A DNA stretch of 64,000 bases, taken from assembly GCF_006345805.1 (NCBI RefSeq), contig NC_043023.1, positions 17,236,001 to 17,300,000 of the forward strand, read 5' to 3'. A program made the position numbers and the translations under genes. Positions 39,229-54,277 of this stretch are shown here, piece by piece (position 1 is the stretch's first letter; each line of letters begins with the position of its first letter). This stretch comes from Octopus sinensis (taxonomy: Eukaryota). Under the pieces are notes generated by a model, which saw only the letters and a program-made list of their open reading frames with translations, was not told where the DNA came from and did not search any database.

Positions 39229-39292
39229 AATATATATATATACATTTATATATAACAATGTTGAGTTGTGGGGTATCACTTCTTACACCAAG

Positions 39293-39672
39293 ATGGCTCC
39301 CAAGAAGAAGGTTTCATCGAGCAAAGGAGGAAAATCTTCCTCTAAAACTACCAAAAAAAACAGAAAAGAAAAGAGAACCACGCGTCCGTAGACGGCCTAC
39401 CGCTATTAGCAAAGCCAGGTCAAAGGCTGTGAAGGCAAAGAAGGCCGTTTTGAAAGGTATTCAAGCAAAGAAAGCTATTGTTAAGGGACTTCAAGCAAAG
39501 AGAGCAGTCTTAAAAGGTATTCATCCCAGGAAAACCAAGAAGATACACACAAGTGTGAAGTTCAGGAGACCACGTACTCTTCGATTGCCGAGGGACCCGA
39601 AATATCCCAGGAAAAGCACTGGCACACGTGAAGATAAATTTGATCAATTTAGGATTTAGGAAACCGGTTAAG
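39293..39672 (+). pseudogene. RPL23A: processed, 3'-truncated 60S ribosomal protein L23a (uL23) pseudogene
   Basis: MAPKKK...; after a frameshift, KAKKAVLKG...[27 protein letters not shown]...KFDQFRI matches the L23a N-terminal signature. No introns; pyrimidine-rich leader CTTCTTACACCAAG before the ATG. Confidence 0.88.
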
Positions 39673-39786
39673 TAAATAAACATCTTTAAAATTGCATTTT
39701 CAAACCTTCTTTCGTATATATATATATATCTAGATATATGTATTTATGTATGTACATAAGTATGTATACTTGTATATTTTTCAGGA

Positions 39787-40117
39787 ATGGAGACAACAAT
39801 TCAGTACCATTCGATTCCTCTTCTGCTGCCAGCTTTGACACTTTTGCTTTTCGTGACTCTTGTAACTGCCGGAGAACCAACGAATAGAGATGGTCTCTTC
39901 GAACAAACCACAACATCAAAATGCTTAATTGATCAGAATAAAACTACAAAAACCGCGTCATCTCGTTTGGAATGTGCGAGTCTGTGTCTTTCCCGCGATG
40001 AGTGCGAATATTTTAGCTATTGTAATGGCCCGTGTTATATGCATCGATCGCTTTACAACGAAGAAATTAAAGATCAGGATTGCACATGTTCATCCTATAT
40101 TTTACTCTCCGGAAACA
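39787..40117 (+). CDS. secreted PAN/apple-like protein, paralog 2, coding exon 1
   Basis: As paralog 1. Model: join(39787..40117,42207..42298,45133..45272,45796..45899,46871..46917) = 714 nt, 237 aa, no internal stops. Confidence 0.85.
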
Positions 40118-40197
40118 GTATGTAATTCACAATTTTCTGGCATATTTTTTTCGAATTTCTGTATTATATTTTCATCATTATCCCAATTATTTTACAA

Positions 40198-40279
<82 letters not shown>

Positions 40280-42206
40280 TTATTATTATTCAGTTTATTT
40301 CAGGATTTCTTGCCAATAGAGAACGAACCGGTTTCTAACCTAAATCCAGGCTCCTTCACTGGAATTGCAACATCAACGACGGGGTATTTTTGTTTGTAAG
40401 TTTGTATATATGTTATGTATGTATGTATCTATGCGAAGATTTGTATGTATTATGTATGTATGCTCGCAAAGAAACGAACAAGGGACAACAATCAATGCAA
40501 ACTCACAAACTGTCCCATCCGTGACATAGATTTATGCCAACGAGTAAATGTTTTGTATAGAATACAATGTGACAAACGCAACAAGTTCTATGTGGGTAGC
40601 ACAACATAACCGTTACACGTCCGCATCAAAGAACATCTTAACACGATAGTCACCTCCTTCAGAAAAGATGCCGGAACACCGACAAAAGCATAACAGTCAC
40701 AATTGAGGCCAGTGAAAGAAATGTGGGTAATTTAAGAATTAAGGAAGCTATACTCATATGTAGACTCATAAACGAGACATTGCCGACCTCACGCACTTAG
40801 TGCTCTCATAATCAGTATATTCAAGAAAGGAGATAGAAAATCTTATGGAAACCATCGTGTAATCTCGCTACTTATTATTTTAGGAAAGATCTTTGCTCCA
40901 ATACCCTTGAACGGTCTCCACGTCATCGCAGAAAGAATCCTTCCAGAATCCCAGTGTGTTTTCCGAGAATTACTTGGAACCATAGACACGATCTGCGCCA
41001 GACAATTCCAAAACAAGTATCGAGAACAACAAAATGAATTTTACTCATCTTTTATGATCTGCAAAAGGTTTGTGATAGAGTACCAAGACCAGCCATATGG
41101 ACGGCCCTTGATTATTTCTTCTACCTGATCATACAATGGTATGACTGGGCGTTTCCTTCCTCGTGATGGACTCTCAGAAGAATTCCCAATTACATCTGGA
41201 TTGAAACAAGTTTATGTACCCGCTACTATGCTTTTCTCCCGAAACCTTCCTGCAATGATCTATGAACTTCCCTCGGATCAGCTGGGAAAGGACATCAGAT
41301 ATCGTTTTGATGAAAGACTCTTCAGCCTGGTGAGGTTTCGGTCAAAGAATCTTCCAGTTCCAAGCGAATCTTACCAGTTCCAAGCGAATCTCAGAACTTC
41401 ACTTCGTCGATGGCAACGTGGTCACTCGGTCACTCAAGCTTAGAACTGCAACGATCTGTCAGTTTTTCACCATTGCGTATCAACGTTTTGAGCTCACTGT
41501 AAATTCTAAGAAATCTCAGTTCTTCGCCTAATCAATCCCGAATTCTGCGCTTCTGGACTTTAACATCATAATTTCGGGCACACCACTGGAACGAGTTAAT
41601 CACTTTGCATGCCTTAGAAGTGTGCTTTGCACCTAACACAATCCTGAGCGAGATGTGGAACGAGGAATTGGACCGGTTCACTCAGCTTTCTTTGAAATAA
41701 ATAAATGTATTTCCTGAAAAATCCTGGAAACTTCTGCAATGCACCTTCTTTTTCTTTAAAATCCTATTGGTGTCACAAAAACTTTACACAGATATGACCG
41801 TCATCAGTTGAGGCTCGAGCGTCTGCTAAATTAAATGCGCCTAAGCGTAAGCGGCCCTTATCAATGGGAGAAATCAAGTCGTAAATAGATGATTTAAACA
41901 GCGATGAAGAAGTGTTTTTCTGATTTTCTTTCATCATCAAATGAAGCAGATGATGTTGAAAATGATGGTTTAGATAATACAGAAAAAATAATGCTTCAAC
42001 TAGCTCTGGATGGAAAAAGTGCACCGATTCGTCTCAATTTGTTTAAGACCAACAATTATTTTAGTTTTTGTGCTTAATTTAATGAAAATAAATATAAAAA
42101 TTAGCTTTATGAAAAAGAGATTTTTTCGATTATTGTCCGTTTGTCACACACATTCATGCAACACTTTTCCGCCGTTTAAGTGTAAACATCTTGTTTGTAT
42201 ACTTAG

Positions 42207-42298
42207 GTAAAAGCTGGCAGAAAGTATTTGAGATGACCAAAACCTCATTTAAGAAAAGCCCTATTTATTTGTACTGGGACAATTTGCCTATTGAAAAG
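42207..42298 (+). CDS. paralog 2, coding exon 2
   Basis: tacttag|GT...AAG|gtaatt; (S)KSWQKVFEMTKTSFKKSPIYLYWDNLPIEK. Confidence 0.75.
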
Positions 42299-45132
42299 GT
42301 AATTCCTTTTTTAGAATTTCAAGATGATTCTCATTGAATAACCAATCTACAGATTTGTTGCTGTTTTACAATAATTACTAGTGTTTTCTTTTTAATGTTT
42401 AATTTCAGTTTCTGATGTTTATTTCATTTTTAAAATCTATCTTTTTATGTTAGCAAGTTTCTTTGGCGGGGTTTCACGATAGAACAAGATCCAGACTAAT
42501 TTTGCTTCTAAATTTCAATGGAATATTGTGCAGTGTTTTCATTTTGTGGCATGAGTGTTGCTATAAAACATACACGACGCATAGAAACCTATTCATCTCG
42601 TATTTATTTCTCCTTTTTTTCTGTTTCACTAGCGAGACTTGGGGACTAAGGTCCGGCCTTTTATTTAGATTTTCATCATTTTCGCCGGGTATCTGATTAA
42701 GGACACTGATCTTTGCTTTAATAAGGGTTTTGGAATTCAGCTTTGACTGCAATGATTTTCTTACTCTCCTTGTGTACTCCCAATTGGTCGTTTCTTTCAT
42801 TCATTTTCTATTTCGTCTGCTTTCAGTATTCCCAACTACTTTTACCACCGTCCTTTCTCAACTGCTCCCATTCTTTGCCCATTTGGCATTTCAATTCCCT
42901 GGCTTCTTTCAAATGTTCCTCCTTTTATTTTCAATATAGCGCACTTTTCTATCCCAAATTCCATACCAACGTCATTTGAGAAAATGCGGATAATATTTAC
43001 AAGATTTTCAAACTGTTTCTCATTTTTCGCATAAACTTTTGTATCGTCCATGAAAAGAAGATGATTTATCTGACCATTTCCTTTAACCAAATCGTAAGCA
43101 ATTTTCACTTTTCATGGCCAATTCGAATAGTAACGGAGATAAGCTATCAACTTGAAATATTCCACGTCTGATGTTCACTTTTCCGGGTTTTTGTTTTTCT
43201 CCGATCATTTCAGTATTCCAATGTTCCATACTTTCATTTAGCATTTTCTCCATGCTTTTTGTTTTTGGCTATTTCAAACCTGCTCCTTGTTTTACTTATC
43301 TAACTGTGTGGTACCATGTCATACGCTTTTTTCTAATCTAACCATGCTACATTCACTCCTGCCAATCATCTACCTCTGCAATTTCTAATTATCATTTTAT
43401 CATCTAATAGGTGATCTTTTGTTGCCCTACTTTGGTTCCTGCAGCCTTTCTGTTCTTTAGGTAATAGATTGTTACTTACCTGATGTTTGCAATTTCCCTT
43501 TCAAGGGGTCCTTGACGCATTAGCAGCGTTCGCTCGCTTGTCATCCATGCAGGGGTGCGACCTTGCTGCAGGCAGTCATCCTGTTGCACAGCGATCCTCT
43601 CTTCTTCTTCTTCTTCTTCTTCTTCTTCTTTTTCTTCTTCTTTTTCTTCTTCTTCTTCTTCTTCTTCTTCTTCTTCTTTCTTCTTCTTCTCATTATTATT
43701 ATTATTATTATTATTAATATTATTATTAGTAGTAGTATTATTATAAAAGAATCAGAATAATTAGAGCGTAGAACACAACGCTCGTGGTATTTAATTCCGG
43801 ATCTTTATTTTCCGAGTTCAATTTCCGCCGAAGTCGACTTTGTCTTTCATCCTTCAAGGAACGATAGCATAATGTGACAAACGTCTTCAGATCGCAGAGA
43901 CGTTGGATTTCATAGACAGCAACATAACCAAGAGTGTCTCGATATTGAATCAGTGTGTTGACGAGGAATACTTCTAGGTTACGAAAGAGACTGGTACAAA
44001 TGGATCAGAATGTGGAATGGTTCGATATCGTCATCGGTGCTTTGGTGTAAGAAGAGCGCGAAGGTTAAAAGGGATTATGAGCATTATAACTAAGAAGAAA
44101 AGGGGATTTAAGGAGGAGTTTGGAAAGCGATGAATTAACACCTGAATTGGATCGATGAGGAATAAATATTTTGAAGTAGAATAGCAAAGAGTTTTAACTG
44201 CTAAGATCGAAATAAGAATGGTGAGTGGTTATAAGTGTAGGAATAAAGGGTTGAGTAGACATGAGGTTGAGAAAGAAGGAGAGAGATTATGAGAAGGTTA
44301 TGTGTCAGCGAGGAAAAACGTTTGTCTTGCATTTTAGAAGGAAGAGGTGGAAGGATGAAATTCACGAATATGTAGATGGGACAGTAAAAATGCTTTTAAT
44401 TCGAGACGAACTTCAGAAAAGCTACACTCTACCAGGGTCAAAAGAACTTGATGGACACACCTACACGCGTACCCCAGCATTTGGTCAGAAGCTACTGTCC
44501 CTCTGGCATCCGCTTCACCTAAGAGTCTAGACCAAGGAAGAGGCAGATCGAAAGCCCCTTTCTTGAGGTGATGTCACAACTCCTTTACTTCCGTTCCTGA
44601 TATCTCTCTTCATTCCTCCACAGAACATCGATATGTGTTTGATGTGGGATCGATTCTTGCCGTTTTTTACTTTGTTTTTATTTTATCCTGATTTTGTCAG
44701 GGTTTTCTAGTTCCTATAGATGCAACAAAACTTTTAGAAAGACTCCGAAATCATGACTCATTAGTTAGTAGTCTGATTCTCTGTCTCGTAAGTCAGCCAC
44801 ATTTTCCTCTCAAACCAAATCACTTTCTGTCTAAATTTTGCACTTCTAACGCGACATAGCATTTCGTCTTCTCATTTTCCTTCCGTCTGTATTTCTGTCT
44901 GTCTGTCTGTCTGTCTCTCTCTCCTCCTCCTCTTCCTCTTATTTTCTGTATTCTCTAGTCTTTTTCTCCTGCACTCAAAGTCTCACTCTTCCCCCCACGA
45001 TTCTCTCCATCTCATTCTCGCCCTCTTACTCTCTCCTTATATCACATCCTAGTCTCCATTCTCTTCTTACAACTCTGCCATCCCTCATTCTCTGAGATTT
45101 GTCACTGGTTCGAGTTTACTTTCCATTTGCAG

Positions 45133-45272
45133 GTGGAATTTCGGTTGAAAAAACCATCAGATGATGACGTATTCATTTTCCGTGGAACAGGGACGAATTC
45201 TACATCATGGTTCCAGAAAGATAAAATAATTGTACAGCAATGGCATACAGTAATGGTGACATTCAATGCGAA
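45133..45272 (+). CDS. paralog 2, coding exon 3
   Basis: ttgcag|GTG...GCGAA|gtatat; in-frame 3-nt indel relative to paralog 1. Confidence 0.78.
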
Positions 45273-45795
45273 GTATATATCATCTCCTTACTCATAATTA
45301 ACATCTTAAATTATTTAATAATTTTTCTTTTGAACACTTTCAGCAAAGATTACCGATATACTTTATATCTCATTGTTGTATAATATTATAATTCCATAAT
45401 GATAATCCTTTCTCCCGTACGCAGAACGTCTGACAGTTTGTTGGGGCGGTGGGGTGGGGGGTTAGTCGGTACCAGTGTCAAACTGGTAATCATTCCAACG
45501 ACCCCCGAAAGGGTGATAGGCACAGTCGACCTCGGTGGAATTTGAACTCAGGATGTATAGACGGACAAAATACTGCTAAGCATTTTATCCGGCATGCTAA
45601 ACATTCTGTCAACTCGCCGCCGCATACTAATGATTATGATAATGTTTTCGTTATGAACCTTAAGGTTTGACAAAAAGATCGATGAGGGTACAATTGATTT
45701 TGTGTGGGATTACATTTAAAAAAAACATGTAAACATAGAAAATAACAAAAATATAAAAAAAAAACAATTTATCAATTGTAATATATTAGTTTCAG

Positions 45796-45899
45796 TTACC
45801 CGGAGTTTAACATTGGGAATAACGGCGAGAGGATAGAAGCCAAAAGAAAAAGTGGAAATAAGGAAGAGTACGATATTTCTTACAAAACGCCGACCGGTT
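45796..45899 (+). CDS. paralog 2, coding exon 4
   Basis: tttcag|T...GGTT|gtaagt; (N)YPEFNIGNNGERIEAKRKSGNKEEYDISYKTPTG. Confidence 0.75.
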
Positions 45900-46713
45900 G
45901 TAAGTAAAACATCGCCTCTTGATTTCAGTGTAATTGATTGTATAACTCTGTGTTGGCGTACGCGAATGCATGCGTGCATGTGTGCTTGTGTGTGTGTGCA
46001 TGTGTGTGTGCATGCGCGCGCAGCTGTGGTTTTCAAGAAGCATTGTCTCATACATATAAATCTTTTAAATAGTTTTTCTTTAAAGCCAAATGAATGCAAG
46101 TTGTAACAAAATATTAATAATACAAGTCAGTGGTTTATACTCTTCTCTAGCATTTCAGTATTTCGGAGCAAGGAATCGTTCTTCGGGAAATTTACGGACA
46201 AACGGTGCTGATAACTGTTTTCCCTGCTCTCTGGCGTGTGATTATGAAGGGTTGGTTTGTGTTGCTATACACTGAACCTCAAAAGAAACGCGACATGTGT
46301 GTGACTGTGAAATATGTTTTAATTTCTTTATGTCTGAGATAAATTTTGATAAATCTGATAAACCTATCAATGGATTCAGTGATAGGTTGAATATTTTTTC
46401 AGTGTCTAAAAAGCATTACGGCGAGAAAAGACAAAGACAGTACGTGGATTGCTAGAAATCGGATCTGACACATCACCAACTCGCCTTACTCCTGCCTTTC
46501 CGTTTTCGGAAAACAGGTGCACAGTTATTTGCGGAATGGTCAAATTAATTTCAATGACACAAAAACCTGAAATATTAACAATTATATTTAGTGTTTTCAG
46601 CGGTCAACTTAGAAACAAACTTTACTTTTTATAAGGATATATGTGTATGTATGTATGCATGTGTGCATGCATGCATGTATGTATGCATGCATGTATGTAT
46701 GTGTGAATGTATA

Positions 46714-46776
<63 letters not shown>

Positions 46777-46870
46777 GGGGGGGGGTTGTTTGTGTGTGTG
46801 TGATGATCATCCTGAAATTTAGAGTTAATTTCATTAATTTCTAACAATTTTTTCATTATTTTTTTTCCAG

Positions 46871-46917
46871 ATGTATATATTTACGAAGCCATGGTCATCT
46901 CAGTGATTTGGAAGTAG
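46871..46917 (+). CDS. paralog 2, terminal coding exon
   Basis: ttccag|AT...; (Y)VYIYEAMVISVIWK-TAG; in-frame 3-nt indel relative to paralog 1. Confidence 0.72.
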
Positions 46918-47405
46918 AATATATATTATTCCAGAAATTGCATATTCTTACATACATGCGCACATACATACATACATACAAACACACACACATAAATACA
47001 TACATACATACATAAATACATGCATACATACATACACACATACATACACACACACACATATACATACATACATACACACACTCACACACATACATACATA
47101 CATACAAACATACATACATACATAAATACATACATACATATATATATACATACACATACATACATACATACATACATACATACATACATACATACATGCA
47201 TGCATAAATACAAACGGACAGACAGACATTGATGTACAATGTAAATGCTTTGAATAATAATAAAGGACATCATAGACAGGACAGCGTTCAACAGATACGC
47301 TGTTAGCTTAATGCTTTAATAGAAGAGAAAATCTCAAGATTTCAGAGGTAAGTCCTTCATCAGAAGGAAAGGAAAAGCCTAGAGGAGTTAGAAAGAAGAA
47401 TAAAA

Positions 47406-47453
<48 letters not shown>

Positions 47454-48694
47454 AAAACGGCCAAAGTGTTAGGAACCGGATGAAATGCAGTTGAATGAGG
47501 AGGGAGTTAATAAGGAAAGAGAGATGGGTGTCTGTGTGCAAGTATAGAAGTGGAACCTTATCTGAATCGGGACATATAGGAATGTGTGTGTGTGTGTACT
47601 GTTGCTTGAGATATGCATGTGACTAGAAGTATGCAAATTCAGAAGTTTAGTGGCGTAGATTCGTTGGGTATGCGAGATGATGGCGTGTGTGTTGTCGATA
47701 AGAGTGTGGGAAGAAAGTGTGGATGTGAGGAGGTAGAAGTGTGCACGAGTGGGAAGGAAATGAAAAGGCGAGAGGAATGAGGAAGGTGTGATGGATGTGT
47801 GGGGAAGTATACGAGTGGGAAACGGTTTCAGGCGGACGGAAGTTTTGTGCTGAAATAAGCATGAAAGAGAAAAGACACAAGTTCTGTGGGAGAAGAACGG
47901 TTGAAGAAAAAATATTTTAAAATTTTAAGACATTGGTAATAATTAATAAAATCCAGATGTGAGAAAAATGTACGCGAATTTCTAATGAGTTGCCATTGAA
48001 GACAGGAAACTCGCGATCAGTCAGCCATCTACATTTTTTCCATCCGGTGGCATTCCAGACGTTTGGTGGAGTCGGTCCACTAACTGCGAGTTTCCTGTCT
48101 TCTCTGGCAACTCACTAGCAATTCGCCCAGCAGAGGCAACTGGTGAGGTTCGTGACGGCGTTTGGCTGTTCCATTGCCTCAGCCTCGCCATCACCCATGG
48201 CAACGCGGCAAGCATACTGGCGTGCCCCAATAGCCTAAAGTGTTGAATTGTTTTGTTTTTTTCTCTTTTTATTTCTCTCTTTTTAATTTTTTCATTTGTG
48301 TTTTCTGATTTGTCCAATTTTCTAATTCAATCTTTTAAAACGGTAAACTCTGTGAAGGCAATAAATTACGAAAAAAAGTGTGACACAAGCAAGGTTTTTC
48401 TAAACAAACTTGGAGTATTTCGTTTTTGGATTTGGTTTGCAAGATTCTTTATGTGAGTTCGTGTGTTGAAGCATATTCTGTTGTGTCTGGGGAGAGACAT
48501 TTTCTTTTTTGTCCCTTATAATGTAACACACTCACCGGTAAAATTTCCACTTTCTTCTTATTTTTTATTTTCCTAAAATTTTCGTTGCGTCTTGCAACCT
48601 TTTCAATAGTCTTGACTCTGTCCGTTATTTACACTACCTGCCCTTTTGTTTGTTTGTGCTCATGTGTGTGGGTCAGTGTGTGTGTGTATGTATG

Positions 48695-48726
<32 letters not shown>

Positions 48727-49468
48727 TGTATGTATGTATGTATGTATGTATGTATATGTGTTTGAATGTGTATGTATATATGTTTGTGTATGCATATGTA
48801 TATATGTATGTATGTATCCTGCATATTTATGTGCTCGCATGTCCGTGTTTGTGTATGTGTGTGTGTAAGCGTGTGTTTGTATATGTATGCACCTCTGTCT
48901 CCTTGTGTGTGCATGTCTGTGTGTGTGTGTGTTATGCAACTACGTACCATGTTTGTATGTATGGATGTGCATCTTTATATGTGTTGATCCTTGTCTCCAT
49001 TTTTGTTTGTTTATACATACAGGCATGCATGTATAGGCAGACACACACACTGACTTACACACATGCGCACAAACAAACAAAAGGGGACGCAGTGTAAATA
49101 ACGGACAGAGTCAAGACTATTGAAAAGGTTGCAAGACGCAACGAAAATTTTTGGAAAATAAAAAATAAGAAATAAGTGGAAATTTTACCGGTGATTGTGT
49201 TACATAAAAAGGCACAAAAAGAAAATGACTCTCCCCAAACTTGGATTGGATATGCCAAAAACATTTAAAATAAACAGTAAATGTAGACGAAAAACAAAAA
49301 AAAAACACAAAAATCCCCAAAACTTACACTATTGAATTCACTTTTATTTTATCAATATCACCTCGTGATAATTATACATACATACATATATACCTACCTA
49401 CCTACATACATACATACATACATACAACATACATACATACATACATAATACATACATACATACAATAC

Positions 49469-49552
<84 letters not shown>

Positions 49553-49895
49553 CATATACAAACACAACACACACATATATATATATATAGTAAATCCCAA
49601 AAACGAAGAACAGACACAAAAAATACAAAACGAATTAACGCGAGGACGTGGTACATGTAAAGTATTAGCAGACGCTCAGGAAAGAAAGGAAGATGGTTTA
49701 ACATTTCGAGCAACGCTCTTCCTTCTTCAGAAACAGAGGAATCTCCAATAGAAAGGAAGACGGAGGAAGAAAATCGCCAACGATTCACATGTGGTTACAT
49801 TTTGAATATACATATATAACTTATTTATTTATATTTATATTTATATTTGTATTTCATATATATATAGGTTCTGCTATCTAATAATCATTATAATC

Positions 49896-49959
<64 letters not shown>

Positions 49960-50028
49960 ATTTATATATATATATTTATATATATATATATATATATTAT
50001 ATATATTTATATACATATATTTATATAC

Positions 50029-50059
<31 letters not shown>

Positions 50060-50149
50060 TATATATAAATACATATATATCCATATATATATATATGTAT
50101 ATATACATATATATATATAGATTTATATATATATATATATATGTATAAA

Positions 50150-50206
<57 letters not shown>

Positions 50207-50479
50207 TACATATAAATATATACGTATATATATATGTGTGTGTATACATATATGTATGTATATATATATGTGTATATATATAGGTGTATATATATATGTA
50301 TATATATATGTATATATATATTTGTGTATATATATATATAGGTGTATATATATATGTATATATACATATGTATACATATGTATATATATATACACATATA
50401 TATACATATATATATACATATATATATATATACATATATAGACATATATACATATATAAATATTATATATATATATATG

Positions 50480-50534
<55 letters not shown>

Positions 50535-50948
50535 GATTAGTAGATAGCAGAACCCCTCTTTTTTGCACATATTCTTCACGATTGTTGACACTATTTTATT
50601 GGATTTGAATTGAAATATTTCGGTACATGGTAATACATAAAAAATAATTTGCTGGGATAGAATTATCCTTTAAAATTACACTAATATATTATTACAAGTA
50701 TTTATTTTTAACTCGTTAGGGTACGATAAAAATCTTCTCACACGGTCAGAATCTAACAAGTGACCTGTCCGTTGTAGTGTTTTTAACTGATCCCTATGCT
50801 GACTCACTCGCACGTTTTATAATTTAATAACTGATGCATTGTTAAATTCCTTATTTCAAAGTTTATATTTCACCAGCATACACCGTTTTTAAAAAACTCG
50901 GAAAAGCAAGACATTTATCACACACATATATATACATACATACATATA

Positions 50949-51044
<96 letters not shown>

Positions 51045-51107
51045 TATACATATATATATCCATATATATTTACATATACATATATATATACATAATACAT
51101 ATATGTG

Positions 51108-51158
<51 letters not shown>

Positions 51159-51874
51159 ACATACATATATATATACACACACACAGAGACACACACACAC
51201 ACAGACACACACACACACACACACATTCGCATCATTTTTCCCTTCTTATGTTTAATATATTTTCTGAAATATTCTGTTGCACACAAAGACAAGTTTATGT
51301 ATTTGCTTTCCCAATGTAATATTCAAAGAGTGATTATTCTATGTTGTTTCTTTGCTGTTGTAATTTTTTCTCTGTGACTCAGTTATTTATTTTATTGTTG
51401 TTAAATAAAACATTTTCATCTGAGAAAAAGCCTCGTCTGTCATATTTCTGAAACACTTCTCTTCTTCTCTATATCAACTACAACACACGACATTAATGTT
51501 AAAGGGGTGACTCCACCGTAAGGAATCTTATTTGGCAACTGACCGAACCAACGATTAAAAGAACTTCTACAAACATTTTAAGATTTGTGATCTATACAAC
51601 CATTCACCCCACCCTCTCTCTCTGTGAGCTGGTTGAATCGTTAGCACGCCGAACGAAATACTTATCGATATTTCATCTGTCGCTACGTTGTGAGATCAAA
51701 TTCCGCTGAGGTCGACTTTTAAATTCATCCTTTCGGGGTCGATAAATTAAGTACCAGTTACGCACTGGGATCAATATAATCGACTTAATCCCTTTGTCTG
51801 TCTTTGTTTGTCCCCTCTGTGTTTTGCCCCTTGGATAGTAAAGAAATAGGTATTTCGTCCGCTAAAGGCGGTGA

Positions 51875-53344
<1,470 letters not shown>

Positions 53345-53462
53345 TATGTATTCATGTATGTTTGAATGTGTGTATGTATGTGTGTATCTATATGTATGTA
53401 TGTATGTGTGTGTATGTATTCATGTATGTATGTATGTGTGTATGTATGTATGTATATATGTA

Positions 53463-53790
53463 CAGGAGTTGGACAAAAATAATGGAAACACCTTAAAATT
53501 TCAAACAAATATATTTTAATATGGGGTCGGACCACCTTTGGCAGTAATTACAGCTTGAATTTTACGAGGTATAGACGCGTACAAAGTTTGAATCTCTCCG
53601 AAAGGAATTTCGAAAGGAATGGCTTCAGCTAAAACAGTCTCCAGTTCTTGTAGAGATGATGGTGGAGGACATCGACTCCTGACTTGTTTTTTCTATAATG
53701 CACCATAAATGTTCAATAATATTAAGATCTGGGGGCTGGTGACCAGATAAGATCTTCATCTTCACTACGTTCACTGACTTGGATTTGGAT
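53463..53790 (-). mobile_element. Tc1-like transposon remnant
   Basis: TA|CAGGAGTTGGACAAAAATAATGGAAACACC terminal repeat; PDLNIIEHLW motif on the minus strand. Confidence 0.65.
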
Positions 53791-54277
53791 TCTCTTCCTG
53801 TACTCATTTACCACAGGTTTTTTGAGGGCATTTAGTGTAATTTATCTAGTGTAAAAACTAAAACTTCAAAGCTATCGATATCTTGCCAAGTTAAAAAAAA
53901 TCGTTTCGCTCACCATGCATCCAAACGCTGTCGACTTGTTTGAAGCGGTTTATTTGCTAAGATCGATGGATAGAAACAGTTGCTGTTGATAACCTAACAA
54001 AGCTAAGGGTAAAACTGATAATTTATTTACCTTCTGAAGAGCAAAGCATTCTGGAGAGAAAGACAAACGAATATAAGACCTGGAATTTAAGAACTTATTT
54101 AATGAAAAGTGAAATTACCTGGCGACGTCTTCTGGAGTAGGAGAAAAAAAAAGTTCAAGTTGGCCATCGATTTTATAAGAGTGGAAGAACTCGGGAGCGA
54201 TTGTTTTAAAGACATCGTCTTTTCGAAGCCAATGCAAAAAGAAATCAACTGTGAAATATCCTGAATTTATTCTTAAA

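Larger units (their letters stand above)
35760..49890 (+). repeat. segmental duplication, copy 2
   Basis: Collinear with 15858-32400. Confidence 0.92.

Noticed and set aside
39293-39672. Functional RPL23A gene
   Set aside because: Frameshift in a poly-A run, loss of the C-terminal L23 domain, no introns, and absence from the paralogous segment.
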